Positions 36,397 to 49,258 of a DNA stretch of 64,000 nt are shown here, one piece after another. The stretch covers positions 1 to 64,000 of the forward strand of contig NW_018479948.1 of assembly GCF_002113885.1 (NCBI RefSeq), read 5' to 3'. The DNA is from Mizuhopecten yessoensis (Eukaryota). How positions within the stretch are numbered: the first letter of the stretch is position 1; every line of letters starts with the position of its first letter. The notes below the pieces were generated by a model. The model was not told the DNA's origin and did no database searches. It worked only from the letters and a program-made list of their open reading frames with translations. The position numbers and the translations under genes were made by a program.

Positions 36397-36894
36397 TCAT
36401 ATTGTATGTTGTCTCTGTATTGTTTTGTATATATGTTATGACTGATAAGTCAACCGACTTAAAGTAATAAAGAACTTGAACTTGAAATGTTATTAATTGT
36501 ATATTTATGTAAATACTTAAGTTTGTGTACCAAACATTTACCATAACAACCACTTATTCTACCGTCGCTTCATTTGAATCTGAACAAAAAAATCGTTGCC
36601 TTTGAATGCAGCGAATAGAAGATACCGTTATGATTGGTCAATACCAAGAAGTGATATTTTCAAAGTGTGAAAATATCACTTTTGATATTTGTCACAGTGT
36701 GAAAAAATCACTTTTGATATTTGTCCCAGTGTGAAAGATATCAGTTTTATCAAGTTGATAGAATCCGATATTTCACTGGCAAAAATGTAATAAAACATTT
36801 TATTGTTTACATTCGCATGTTTCAAGTCATTGGGTAATGTGCCTGTGTTGAGTGATGTGCTAAAAATCCTTGTATGTATGGGTGCTGTGATGTC

Positions 36895-37165
36895 TTTTAA
36901 TTCTTTTAGTATTTTGCCGTAGATCTGATTAGGTCCTATTGCTTAATGATGGTTAATGTTATGTAATAACTTTCCTATACCATTGTTGGTGATGTGTATT
37001 TCAGGCATGATTGGGTGTGATGATGGTCCTTTGTCAGGCATATCATGGTTCTTTTCTGTTGTGAAGGCACCTTGAAATGGTTGGTTTAGGATATTTGCTT
37101 TTGTTGTTGTGTCTGTTGTGAGTTGTCCATCTTTGCGGAGTGCAGGAATGTCAGTGATTTCATTT
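36895..37165 (-). mobile_element. CR1-type LINE ORF2 fragment (linker just before the RT domain)
   Basis: The minus strand reads IPALRKDGQLTTDTTTKANILNQPFQGAFTTE..MPEIHITNNGIGKLLHNINHH*AIGPNQIYGKILKELK. Confidence 0.8.
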
Positions 37166-38314
37166 TTTGATTGTGCTGATGTTTTTTTCCTTTTTGTTTC
37201 AATTTTTGCACACTGTCGCCATTTTCTATATGGAATCCAAATGTCCCCTAAAAGCCTGTGTGGTACTGTGCTGAAACCCCTGAATAGTTCCTCTTTGGTT
37301 CAGAATTTCCTTTCAATCTTGAATTTCTTTTCAATAGTTGTAGTATAATGGATGAGTGCCTTTCATGAATCTAAACGGTTCCTCGCTTAGCAGTTCATTA
37401 TATTCAATGTGATTTGTGATTAATATATTTTCATTACTTTTCCATAGTTTTCCAAAACATGTTGGTAAACGTGACTGGTCCATTATTTTACAAGTTCTTT
37501 TCGTCTCCTTTTTGAGTTTTTCTGTGATCTCTCCTCAGTCTCAAGGATGCCTTGAATAGTTGATACAAGTGTTGGCTGGTCGTGTTTTCTATTTCTCATA
37601 GTAGTTTAGGAAGTAGATCATGCGTGTCACGTGATTAAAAGGTATGTAGTTAATTAACTATTTTCTTTATTTTTTGTTACATTTCGGAATGCGTGTTGTG
37701 TGCTTAGTTTCAGACGTTGAGATATCCCCTAGATTGGTTCTGTTACAAAACACTACAAAGGGAATCAGCCAATACGTTTACTTTATACTTTTTGCTAGTC
37801 GCCAATCTTGTTTGTTTTCCGTCATGTACATAACATGAATTAAGGTCTTACAGTATATCCGACATTTTTAGCTTTCGTCACTCCAGAATTTATTTTCTTC
37901 GAGATTTTCTAAACACCCTTTGCAATATCGCTTATTAATTATTTGACTTTGTTTCTTCTATATACGTTTTAGTGATTTCAACACCTCTGCCAGGTTCGGC
38001 TTGTCTGTTTATATAATTAATTACTCTCACCGTCTTGTCATCTAGTGTATTTATTTTCTGACCTGATTCAGTTCTCCTTTTGGGTAAATGATGGTCATAT
38101 CAGTTTGTATTGGAGCGGGAGTGCTTATGAATACAGCTGATTTTTTTGTGACTTTGAGCGATAATTTTGTTTTATATTTATCGGCACAATCGAATTTCAT
38201 TATAAGCGACATAGACCTAGAGCCAAATTGAATATGTAAAGTCCGGGTATGAAAGTATCAATTAGAAGGTTCACGAGACAACTGAAAAAACGCTGCTTAT
38301 CACAAAAATCCCTT

Positions 38315-38575
38315 GGCCTGTATTCATTAAACCATTCTCATGCTTAAGCATGGATTTTTTGCTCAAGCCTTATTTCTAGTTTCGGTTATAGATTAATAAT
38401 ACAATCTTATTTTGTCAAAGATTTGGATAAATATTGAAGAGACTTATAGCCGATTACTGTTTTCAGTTTTTACATTTTACGTTTTGATCGATTGACATGA
38501 TTAAGCGAGTAACAAGAAAGTAGGTTTTGAGCACATAATCCATGCTTGAGCATCAGAACGGTTTCATGAATGCAT
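38315..38575. mobile_element. MITE with ~55-bp imperfect TIRs
   Basis: tgtattcattaaaccattctcatgcttaagcatggatt..tgctcaa pairs with ttgagcacataatccatgcttgagcatcagaacggtttcatgaatgca. Confidence 0.7.
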
Positions 38576-41052
38576 AGTATTGTTGGCTGTTAAAAGTGTA
38601 CGGCGGAACGGTTTACATTTGTAGTTTCTGATTGAAAGAAGGTCGATTGGAATGGTAAATAAAAGCTATATTGACTATAAATGAAAATCAAGCTTTCGAT
38701 CCGAATTTTTACAACAACGACAAAACGATGATTTAAGGTACCCGCAATTCCTACCGACACAAGGCCGCGTTCGTTATAGATACATTTCGGAGGCTCAATC
38801 TTTTTTTCTCAAAATATGAACGGATGGAGGGAGAGTTAAGTAATTATACATAAAAAAAATTGACGTCTGTCGAAACGTTTTGTTGAAAATATTTTTGATT
38901 TGTCTGAAATGTGACATTTGATCTCAAGAGTTTTGTGTATGCTAAATTGCCACATACATATATGTACCTTTGATCGTGACATATCCGTGTAGTTAATGTT
39001 ATTGAGAAAACTATAAGTACAAGCTCCAAATACCACGTAATTAAAGTGAGGTATACCCATGTGTATATGACACGTATACGAAGCCAACACGACTAATTGA
39101 AGGTAAAAACACGCAACGTTGATATATCGTCATGTTCTAACTTCTTTAAGGATGTACACCTCTGAGGGTTCAAACATTTCCTTATTAAATGTTTCTCTGA
39201 TATGCATTTGTGGAAAAAGGAGTTAATGGCATTCTAGTAGTAGAAATTGCAAAAAGAAATTGTCCGTGTGTTCATTTTTGTGCAATAATCGGTCAAAGAC
39301 AACAACTTAAGATAATATGTGATTTTAGGTGATTTTTTTAGTTTTGACCATTTGCAGAACATATTCGTACGATATCTTGCAGGTGTGTTATCATATATGT
39401 ATGCATGATTGTAGATTTTATCAAAATAATCTTTTCTTTTAAATTACCAAAGTAAAATTTCTTAATCTTATTTATTTATCTCAGAAAAGACATTTAACGC
39501 TTGATACAGCAAGTTCTGCTATTAATAGAAAATATTTCCTCTTTCTAAAACAGCCCAAAAATGGTGGGTCCTTGTGCTTCCTTTTTGGCCCATTATTATG
39601 TGTTATTTTTCACCCTTTTCGAGGTCAAAAATTGAAGTGCTTTAGTTATTGAATATAACAAGTTTGACAGCAAAATTGAACTTGCTACAGTCTACAATTG
39701 CGACACAATGACGATTGTTTTTTACTGCTTCTTAATGGAAAATGATCTATTATCCGCGCCTTTGCGATACCATTTAAATGAGCTGTAGCGTGTATCATGT
39801 TTCCCCGGAATACAGTGATAACTTATTTGATTATATTTGAAGGCACTCTTTCCGTTTCAAAATCAGCTTTTTATATTTAATGGTAAATTACAGAATGCCA
39901 TGTAGCATCTGGTTTGAGTATTGTGGAGATTTTTTATATGGGTCTAACAGCTAATGCGCAGAGAAAACGAATTAATGTGCATCAACAACAGACCCGTACA
40001 GAGAGTTTAATATTTTTAATGCATAAAATATATATACAATAGTTCTGAAGTCCTTGTTTTACCTTTGTATCAACTCCATAATCATAATCAGCAAAAATAT
40101 GTATTTTCTGTAACAGTCACGGCTGCTGCTTACCTTGGGTTAACGATATTTGTTTGTTACAGTAAATGTTCTGTTTTTTTTTATATCTTTATATATCTAC
40201 AACTGCATAGCCTTACCACTATATTGGTTCATCGGTTCATCGTAGTTGACACCGCCTTAAGCTTCTTAAGGTGCTTCTTTATGTAATCCGCTCCACTTCC
40301 GGCCGCGTCTGGAGGCATAATACCCTAATACATTCGAATGGGATACATATCACACATGAATGTCATTGCTCGAGTAGCATTCTGGTCATGACGTCATAAT
40401 GATGAAGTAACAGAAAAGGAAATATGTTTCGGCCTACCAGGATTCAAATTCAGGACTTACGAAGGATAGACGGACGCCCTAACCAATTGAGCTACCGCGT
40501 CGACTGCGATCGACCCAGCCCATTGCTCCCTCAGTCGGTCCTGAAGACACACGAGTCTATAACATCTTCTGTGGGTATATCTAGTTTGACGCCAAATATG
40601 ACAAGAAAAAAACCCTAATGAAGCGACCAGACCGGAACTCGAACACGGAGCCACCCATCTATATATTTTTAAATATTAAAATCAAAATTCTGCAAGGGGT
40701 TGATCCCGAACTCTAGGCGTAAGCGTAGCTGGTCAATTGAGCTATCTCGTCGCCAGCGATCGCCCCAGTCAAGTAACGCTAACTAATTCTGAATACTGAT
40801 AATCCTTCTGAAATATGGCAGTCCAATTCATTAAACAAACATACCCTAACTAAGTTTTGAAAACTTAGTCTGTATTCATGTGAGATATGAATATTCTAAA
40901 AAGGATAGTTATCAGTATTGATCTACTTCAGCTCGGCATTAATAGGCAGTATGAATGACAACTAGACAAAGGCTAATTCGACATGAAGTGCTAACGGCTT
41001 AGCGTCCTAATACACTACCCACATAGTATATCACAGGCTGGATCGAGTCCGT

Positions 41053-44000
41053 TTATTTAAATGCAACATGTCTGTCGATATCTATTGGTTTGACTTTTAC
41101 GCTGCAGCAGATATTTGGTTTGGAACACAGTCCCGTTCGCTTTTCTGATAAAAGTAAATGTCGGTGTCGATATTTGTTGAATTTATAAAAGTCGTGAAAG
41201 TTTGACGATGTAATAGCAACTGGAAGTGCAATTAATAAAATCCCAACCAATGTACACAAAGTTCCGACGACATATCCGGTGTCAGTAGAGGGAACATGGT
41301 CACCATACCCCACTGTCGTCATGGTGATAACTGACCACCACATGGAAACAAACAGGTCGGAAAATGTATTCGCTTGTAATTCGGCAACGTATATAAATCC
41401 TGCGAATATGATTACAAAACATCCAAAAGCGCAAGCAAGCAGACAAAGTTCCCTTGAGCTAGATTTTATACTCAGATAGAGAATCTGCATTCCACAGTTA
41501 TGACGGACCAATCGCAGGACGCGTAAGATCCGGAACGAGTATAGAAAACCGAACACGCACGAGATGATCCACAATGGGCCGAACTGTAAAGAGTCATGGA
41601 CTCGCTCAAATGACAGGTTCAACCATATACCTACACAGGACAACAGGTCTATGATGTTCAGCAGACTTCTCCAAAATGTCTTCAAGCTAGGACACGTGCA
41701 GATGCGCAGTGCGAATTCTAGTGTCAAAATTCCGTTGGAAATGACATCCAACGCGACCAGTGATGGATGTGGCGATGTGTTCCAAATAAGACGAATTTTT
41801 GCGGAACTTGTGTTACTGTCCAGCTTGTTATCGTCATGTCTGTCAACTCGGAACTGCTTGAGCGTTTGGAGGGAGTATGTCAGTATGGATATACTCATCA
41901 CGAGTGCCAACAGGAAGTGCAAAACCTGCAAGGCAAACACTGCCATTATAGTAGCGACACGGAAACGTTATTATGCAACAAAAACACATCTGTTCCTATG
42001 CTCTAAACTGGGTTTTATTTCTGCTAATATTTCGCCCTTTGGCTTTTTTGACAGTTTTTAAAAAAGGTTTTAGTTTAAACGTATGTATTTTGCCAAAAAC
42101 AATGACATTTTAACATTATCAACGCTTTCTTCTACTTAGCTTGGTTGTTTTGTTATGAGAATTCCATTGGATAATTCTCATTCAGTAAGGCTTGAATTGA
42201 TATTATTATTCATCTATCTTGAACAATAACTGCAGTTTGTTTCCCTTTCTCCGTCCTGAAGTTTTCCTGATGGCTACCTCCATTGTAAGCACAGTAGTTA
42301 TGTCTATTTGTATAATGTACCTTTGCTGTATGTATTTTACTACAATGTGTGAATAGTGAAAGTACGTACCTATGTAATAATTTAACACTAGGCATATATA
42401 TGTGGAAACCCAATTATATTCCATTTCAGCATTAGCCCTTTTTACTAATGAAATTAAACACTGTTCACACCTAGCTATTGCCACATGACTATTGTCAGTA
42501 AGAAGGTTAACACATGGACTAATGACAACTGGACTAATGACATGCACACTGTTCATACCTAGCTATTGACACATAACTATTGTCAGTAAGAACGTTAACA
42601 CATGGACTAATGACAACTGGACTAATGTCATGTACACTGTTCACACCTAGCTATTGCCACATGACTATTGTCAGTAAAAACGTTAACACCTGGACTAATG
42701 ACATGTACACTGTTCACACCTAGCTATTGCCACATGACTATTGTCAGTAAGAACGTTAACACATGGACTAATGACACCAGGACTAATGACATGTACACTG
42801 TTCACATCTAGCTATTGCCACATGACTATTGTCAGTAAAAACGTTAACACATGGACTAATGACACCTGGACTAATGACATGTACACTGTTCATACCTAGC
42901 TATTGCCACATGACTATTGTCAGTAAAAACGTTAACACATGGACTAATGACACCTGGACTAATGACATGTACACTGTTCATACCTAGCTATTGCCACATG
43001 ACTATTGTCAGTAAAAACGTTAACACATGGACTAATGACACCTGGACTAATGACATGTACACTGTTCATACCTAGCTATTGCCACATGACTATTGTCAGT
43101 AAAAACGTTAACACATGGACTAATGACACCTGGACTAATGACATGTACACTGTTCATACCTAGCTATTGCCACATGACTATTGTCAGTAAAAACGTTAAC
43201 ACATGGACTAATGACACCTGGACTAATGACATGTACACTGTTCATACCTAGCTATTGCCACATGACTATTGTCAGTAAAAACGTTAACACATGGACTAAT
43301 GACACCTGGACTAATGACATGTACACTGTTCATACCTAGCTATTGCCACATGACTATTGTCAGTAAAAACGTTAACACATGGACTAATGACACCTGGACT
43401 AATGACATGTACACTGTTCATACCTAGCTATTGCCACATGACTATTGTCAGTAAAAACGTTAACACATGGACTAATGACACCTGGACTAATGACATGTAC
43501 ACTGTTCATACCTAGCTATTGCCACATGACTATTGTCAGTAAAAACGTTAACACATGGACTAATGACACCTGGACTAATGACATGTACACTGTTCATACC
43601 TAGCTATTGCCACATGACTATTGTCAGTAAAAACGTTAACACATGGACTAATGACACCTGGACTAATGACATGTACACTGTTCATACCTAGCTATTGCCA
43701 CATGACTATTGTCAGTAAAAACGTTAACACATGGACTAATGACACCTGGACTAATGACATGTACACTGTTCATACCTAGCTATTGCCACATGACTATTGT
43801 CAGTAAAAACGTTAACACATGGACTAATGACACCTGGACTAATGACATGTACACTGTTCATACCTAGCTATTGCCACATGACTATTGTCAGTAAAAACGT
43901 TAACACATGGACTAATGACACCTGGACTAATGACATGTACACTGTTCATACCTAGCTATTGCCACATGACTATTGTCAGTAAAAACGTTAACACATGGAC

Positions 44001-47000
44001 TAATGACACCTGGACTAATGACATGTACACTGTTCATACCTAGCTATTGCCACATGACTATTGTCAGTAAAAACGTTAACACATGGACTAATGACACCTG
44101 GACTAATGACATGTACACTGTTCATACCTAGCTATTGCCACATGACTATTGTCAGTAAAAACGTTAACACATGGACTAATGACACCTGGACTAATGACAT
44201 GTACACTGTTCATACCTAGCTATTGCCACATGACTATTGTCAGTAAAAACGTTAACACATGGACTAATGACACCTGGACTAATGACATGTACACTGTTCA
44301 TACCTAGCTATTGCCACATGACTATTGTCAGTAAAAACGTTAACACATGGACTAATGACACCTGGACTAATGACATGTACACTGTTCATACCTAGCTATT
44401 GCCACATGACTATTGTCAGTAAAAACGTTAACACATGGACTAATGACACCTGGACTAATGACATGTACACTGTTCATACCTAGCTATTGCCACATGACTA
44501 TTGTCAGTAAAAACGTTAACACATGGACTAATGACACCTGGACTAATGACATGTACACTGTTCATACCTAGCTATTGCCACATGACTATTGTCAGTAAAA
44601 ACGTTAACACATGGACTAATGACACCTGGACTAATGACATGTACACTGTTCATACCTAGCTATTGCCACATGACTATTGTCAGTAAAAACGTTAACACAT
44701 GGACTAATGACACCTGGACTAATGACATGTACACTGTTCATACCTAGCTATTGCCACATGACTATTGTCAGTAAAAACGTTAACACATGGACTAATGACA
44801 CCTGGACTAATGACATGTACACTGTTCATACCTAGCTATTGCCACATGACTATTGTCAGTAAAAACGTTAACACATGGACTAATGACACCTGGACTAATG
44901 ACATGTACACTGTTCATACCTAGCTATTGCCACATGACTATTGTCAGTAAAAACGTTAACACATGGACTAATGACACCTGGACTAATGACATGTACACTG
45001 TTCATACCTAGCTATTGCCACATGACTATTGTCAGTAAAAACGTTAACACATGGACTAATGACACCTGGACTAATGACATGTACACTGTTCATACCTAGC
45101 TATTGCCACATGACTATTGTCAGTAAAAACGTTAACACATGGACTAATGACACCTGGACTAATGACATGTACACTGTTCATACCTAGCTATTGCCACATG
45201 ACTATTGTCAGTAAAAACGTTAACACATGGACTAATGACACCTGGACTAATGACATGTACACTGTTCATACCTAGCTATTGCCACATGACTATTGTCAGT
45301 AAAAACGTTAACACATGGACTAATGACACCTGGACTAATGACATGTACACTGTTCATACCTAGCTATTGCCACATGACTATTGTCAGTAAAAACGTTAAC
45401 ACATGGACTAATGACACCTGGACTAATGACATGTACACTGTTCATACCTAGCTATTGCCACATGACTATTGTCAGTAAAAACGTTAACACATGGACTAAT
45501 GACACCTGGACTAATGACATGTACACTGTTCATACCTAGCTATTGCCACATGACTATTGTCAGTAAAAACGTTAACACATGGACTAATGACACCTGGACT
45601 AATGACATGTACACTGTTCATACCTAGCTATTGCCACATGACTATTGTCAGTAAAAACGTTAACACATGGACTAATGACACCTGGACTAATGACATGTAC
45701 ACTGTTCATACCTAGCTATTGCCACATGACTATTGTCAGTAAAAACGTTAACACATGGACTAATGACACCTGGACTAATGACATGTACACTGTTCATACC
45801 TAGCTATTGCCACATGACTATTGTCAGTAAAAACGTTAACACATGGACTAATGACACCTGGACTAATGACATGTACACTGTTCATACCTAGCTATTGCCA
45901 CATGACTATTGTCAGTAAAAACGTTAACACATGGACTAATGACACCTGGACTAATGACATGTACACTGTTCATACCTAGCTATTGCCACATGACTATTGT
46001 CAGTAAAAACGTTAACACATGGACTAATGACACCTGGACTAATGACATGTACACTGTTCATACCTAGCTATTGCCACATGACTATTGTCAGTAAAAACGT
46101 TAACACATGGACTAATGACACCTGGACTAATGACATGTACACTGTTCATACCTAGCTATTGCCACATGACTATTGTCAGTAAAAACGTTAACACATGGAC
46201 TAATGACACCTGGACTAATGACATGTACACTGTTCATACCTAGCTATTGCCACATGACTATTGTCAGTAAAAACGTTAACACATGGACTAATGACACCTG
46301 GACTAATGACATGTACACTGTTCACACCTAGCTATTGCCACATGACTATTGTCAGTAAGAATGTTAACATATGGACTAATGACACCTGGACTAATGACAT
46401 GTACACTGTTCACACCTAGCTATTGCCACATGACTATTGTCAGTAAGAATGTTAACATCTGGACTAATGACACCTGGACTAATGACATGTACACTGTTCA
46501 CACCTAGCTATTGCCACATGACTATTGTCAGTAAGAACGTTAACACATGGAGTAATGACGCTTGGACTAATGACATGTACACTGTTCACACCTAGCTATT
46601 GCCACATGACTATTGTCAGTAAGATAGTTAACACATGGACTAATGACATTTACACGTTGAACACCTGACTATTTGCAGTTCACCTAACTGTTAACTTCTG
46701 ACCATTGCTGTGTTAGATTCCCATATATATACTAAGGAGGCACGGTAGTCTAGTGGTATGACGCCGGTCGCGTGACCGAAGGGTTGCGGGTTCGAGTCAC
46801 GGCACGGCACTGTACGTGTTGTATTTTTGAGCAGGATATTTTACTCTGCTTGTTCCAGTCTACTCAGCTGTAAATGAGTACGTGGTTGGGCAGTGCTAGA
46901 ATTATTGAATGCTATCTGTTAGCGCCGAAATTGCAGCTCCGGCTGTATGCTCCCCGGGAGTTGAGAAAGATATTGTCTGGTTGCAAAGGCCCTATAACTA

Positions 47001-47075
47001 CGGATAATAATTTGTGAACCGCTTTGAGACGACCTACGAACTAGGTTGTGATAAAGCGGTATCTAAGAACCCCGA

Positions 47076-47113
<38 letters not shown>

Positions 47114-49258
47114 TACTTTACCAAAATAAATTTTATCAAAATAAGAAGATGTCTTATTAACTACTGTAATGCCGTGAAACATCGTAGACGTGGTTGAACG
47201 GTGAGCCGGCTTGGTTACTGAGACCCTCTTTATGTAAACAAATTGTCAATATGTCTTTTTAACGTTGACCGAGATACTTATGTAAACAAATTGTCAATAT
47301 GTCTTCTTAACATTGACTGAGATATTTATGTAAACAAATTGTCAATATGTCTTCTTAACGTGGACTGAGACATTTATGTAAACAAATTGTCAATATGTCT
47401 TCTTAACGTTGACTGAGATAACCGAAGGAAAGGTCAGAACAGTAATTGGTTATTTTATTCATTTATATTGCTGTCTAATTTCAACGTGAACCTGTCGAAC
47501 ACATATATCTATAAGCTATAAGCTCTATTCCGTCTTTTCGTATTGCAGAGTTATCTGCTCTTGTGAACAGGTATTGATTGTTACGTCATTTGTTTGTGAG
47601 AGTAACGTCATCATTTTTTGAGAAAACGACGTAATTTTCTCACACAAACCAAGGACGTAACAATCAATACCTGCTCCAAAGAGAAGGTAATTCTGCAATA
47701 CGCAAAGACGGAATAGGTTTACGGCAATATACTAGGGTCATACTGCAATTTAGCATGGCTTAAGTTATGGTGACTACGTCGTTTAATTGGAATAATCAAA
47801 TTATTATGACAGCTTCTACTGTCCTGCTTTCTGTACACATTATGACATCTCGTTTTGACTCGTTCCAGCTTTTGTTATATGGTAATGTATTTGTGGCAGA
47901 TGGAGACGCACACAGTATATCATTTACGTTAACCTACCGATAATGTAAACAAAACAATATAAAGAAATAGATTGTTATTAGTTTTGTTAAGTACCCTGAT
48001 TTAAAATTTAGGTGTACCTAGCTTTGAACAATCACTGTGAATATAGCCTTTATTAATCAATGTATACAAAAATAATGGTATGGTTCAGTGACTTTTATTA
48101 TAATATTTAACCATCCCACAGAAATCACGCCAATCTATGTTGGCGTTCCATTACCGTATTTGCTATTTCGAAATTGCGTCTAATTTCAACCCCCAGTGTA
48201 AAGTTATGGCTGATAAACGAGGCTCAGTGATGTTGATACCTCACTCCTGACATCCTATCATTTACATTTAAACTTTTAACTATTGACATTTAACTATTTT
48301 TTTGTAACTATTATCCTAACTTGTGACATCTAACTATTGATATCTAACCAATGTTATTGATATCTCTTACTTTTTAGCTCCCAATGTTATACAAGCCTTG
48401 AGTAAAATTAAAATGGTCTCTGTCAGTTTGACAAGAGAAAACTAAAATAAGCAGCCTAAAAAGGCGTGAAGAGTACTTGTCACTAAACATTTGTATAGTA
48501 ACAGGCTTAGGGTCGTGAACACATAGACGTCACTCCAAAATATAATTGTATACTTCCCTTTACTTGATTGTTCCCAACTCTCTTCTGAACATTACTTCAC
48601 ATATACCAGTACTAACGATATGCACTGCTGTTCGCATTATTCAGTTTCCCAGTTAATTTAATCTTTATTATTGTAAATCGATCGCACTTATGAATGAATT
48701 AACAAAAACTGTGTTAAAAGTAATTATCCTAAGTTTGGCATAAACTACCAAATTTGAAGTCCTGTCGGTCGGAAGGTTGGCTATTCGACTTACCTTTGCC
48801 ATTTTTGATGACTGGAAGTCTGTAAGCAGCCTCCAGATTCTAACTCGGAGTCGATGGAGCTGAGTTGTACTACTACTGTTATCGGGGTGAGACTCTTCAC
48901 GACCGCATCGGAGTCGAACCAAGATCTTCTCAAGGACGTCCATATCCTCGTCGAGCTGGTAGAGCGTCTTCCAACAACATTTATTAACAGACTTCAGAGG
49001 GATCCCCCAAAAGGCCAGCTCCTCTCTAAAGCTTTCAGCACAGGTCGTATAAGACATGTGTAATTTTCCGGTCGAATAGAAATCAAGGACATTGTGAAAA
49101 CCAGAAGGGTTTCTGTCGAAAAAATACTCGTCCTTTTCCGTGTTGTAATTTTCGGAAAGATGGGTTAAGGATGCTAACGTTGTATCTGGATAACTTTGTA
49201 GTTTCTTGTGTGATGTTATGAACACTGTCCCTCGTAGATTAATTTTCATAACCTCCAT
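41053..49258 (-). CDS. Shaw/Kv3-like voltage-gated potassium channel subunit, 2 coding exons, ~445 aa
   Basis: Exon 1 is 49258-48794 (ATG MEVMKINLRG; T1 domain EYFFDRNP..GKLHMSYTTC..EELAFWGI..CCW with an intact HX5CX20CC Zn motif; donor AAG|GTAAGT). Exon 2 is 41925-41053 (acceptor ttgcag|, phase 0; S4 RILRVLRLVRH; pore WWSVITMTTVGYGD; S6 IALPVAITSSNF). An additional upstream exon cannot be excluded. Confidence 0.9.
42455..46660. repeat. 88-bp satellite array (~47 copies) in the Kv channel intron
   Basis: Unit catacctagctattgccacatgactattgtcagtaaaaacgttaacacatggactaatgacacctggactaatgacatgtacactgtt. The phase recurs every 1320 bp, i.e. 15 x 88. Confidence 0.97.
46736..47107 (+). mobile_element. 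Apparently full-length tRNA-derived CORE-type SINE with LINE-like 3' end and (ATT)n tail
   Basis: A-box-like gtagtctagtggt, B-box ggttcgagtc, CORE-like ttgagcaggatattttactctg..actcagctgtaaatgagtac, and a tail gtgaaccgctttgag..taaagcggtatctaagaac(att)n. Confidence 0.8.
47229..47420. repeat. 48-bp tandem repeat, 4 copies
   Basis: Unit ttatgtaaacaaattgtcaatatgtcttcttaacgttgactgagata. Confidence 0.9.
47525..47716. mobile_element. Palindromic MITE (~190 bp); a half-copy lies at ~31288-31357
   Basis: ctattccgtcttttcgtattgcagagtta pairs with taattctgcaatacgcaaagacggaatag. Confidence 0.8.

Noticed and set aside
38730-40280. TTAA-flanked (Kolobok/piggyBac-like) element
   Set aside because: Several ttaagg/ccttaa sites are present, but I could not pair them into convincing TIRs.
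42455-46660. CRISPR-like array (also considered for 7425-8258 and 21170-21880)
   Set aside because: These are head-to-tail repeats with no unique spacers, there are no cas genes, and the context is eukaryotic.
46736-46810. tRNA gene (also 55789-55860 and 40430-40780)
   Set aside because: A/B boxes are present, but there is no complete cloverleaf. The 46736 and 55789 copies continue into SINE core and tail sequence; 40430-40780 looks like degenerate reverse-strand SINE heads.
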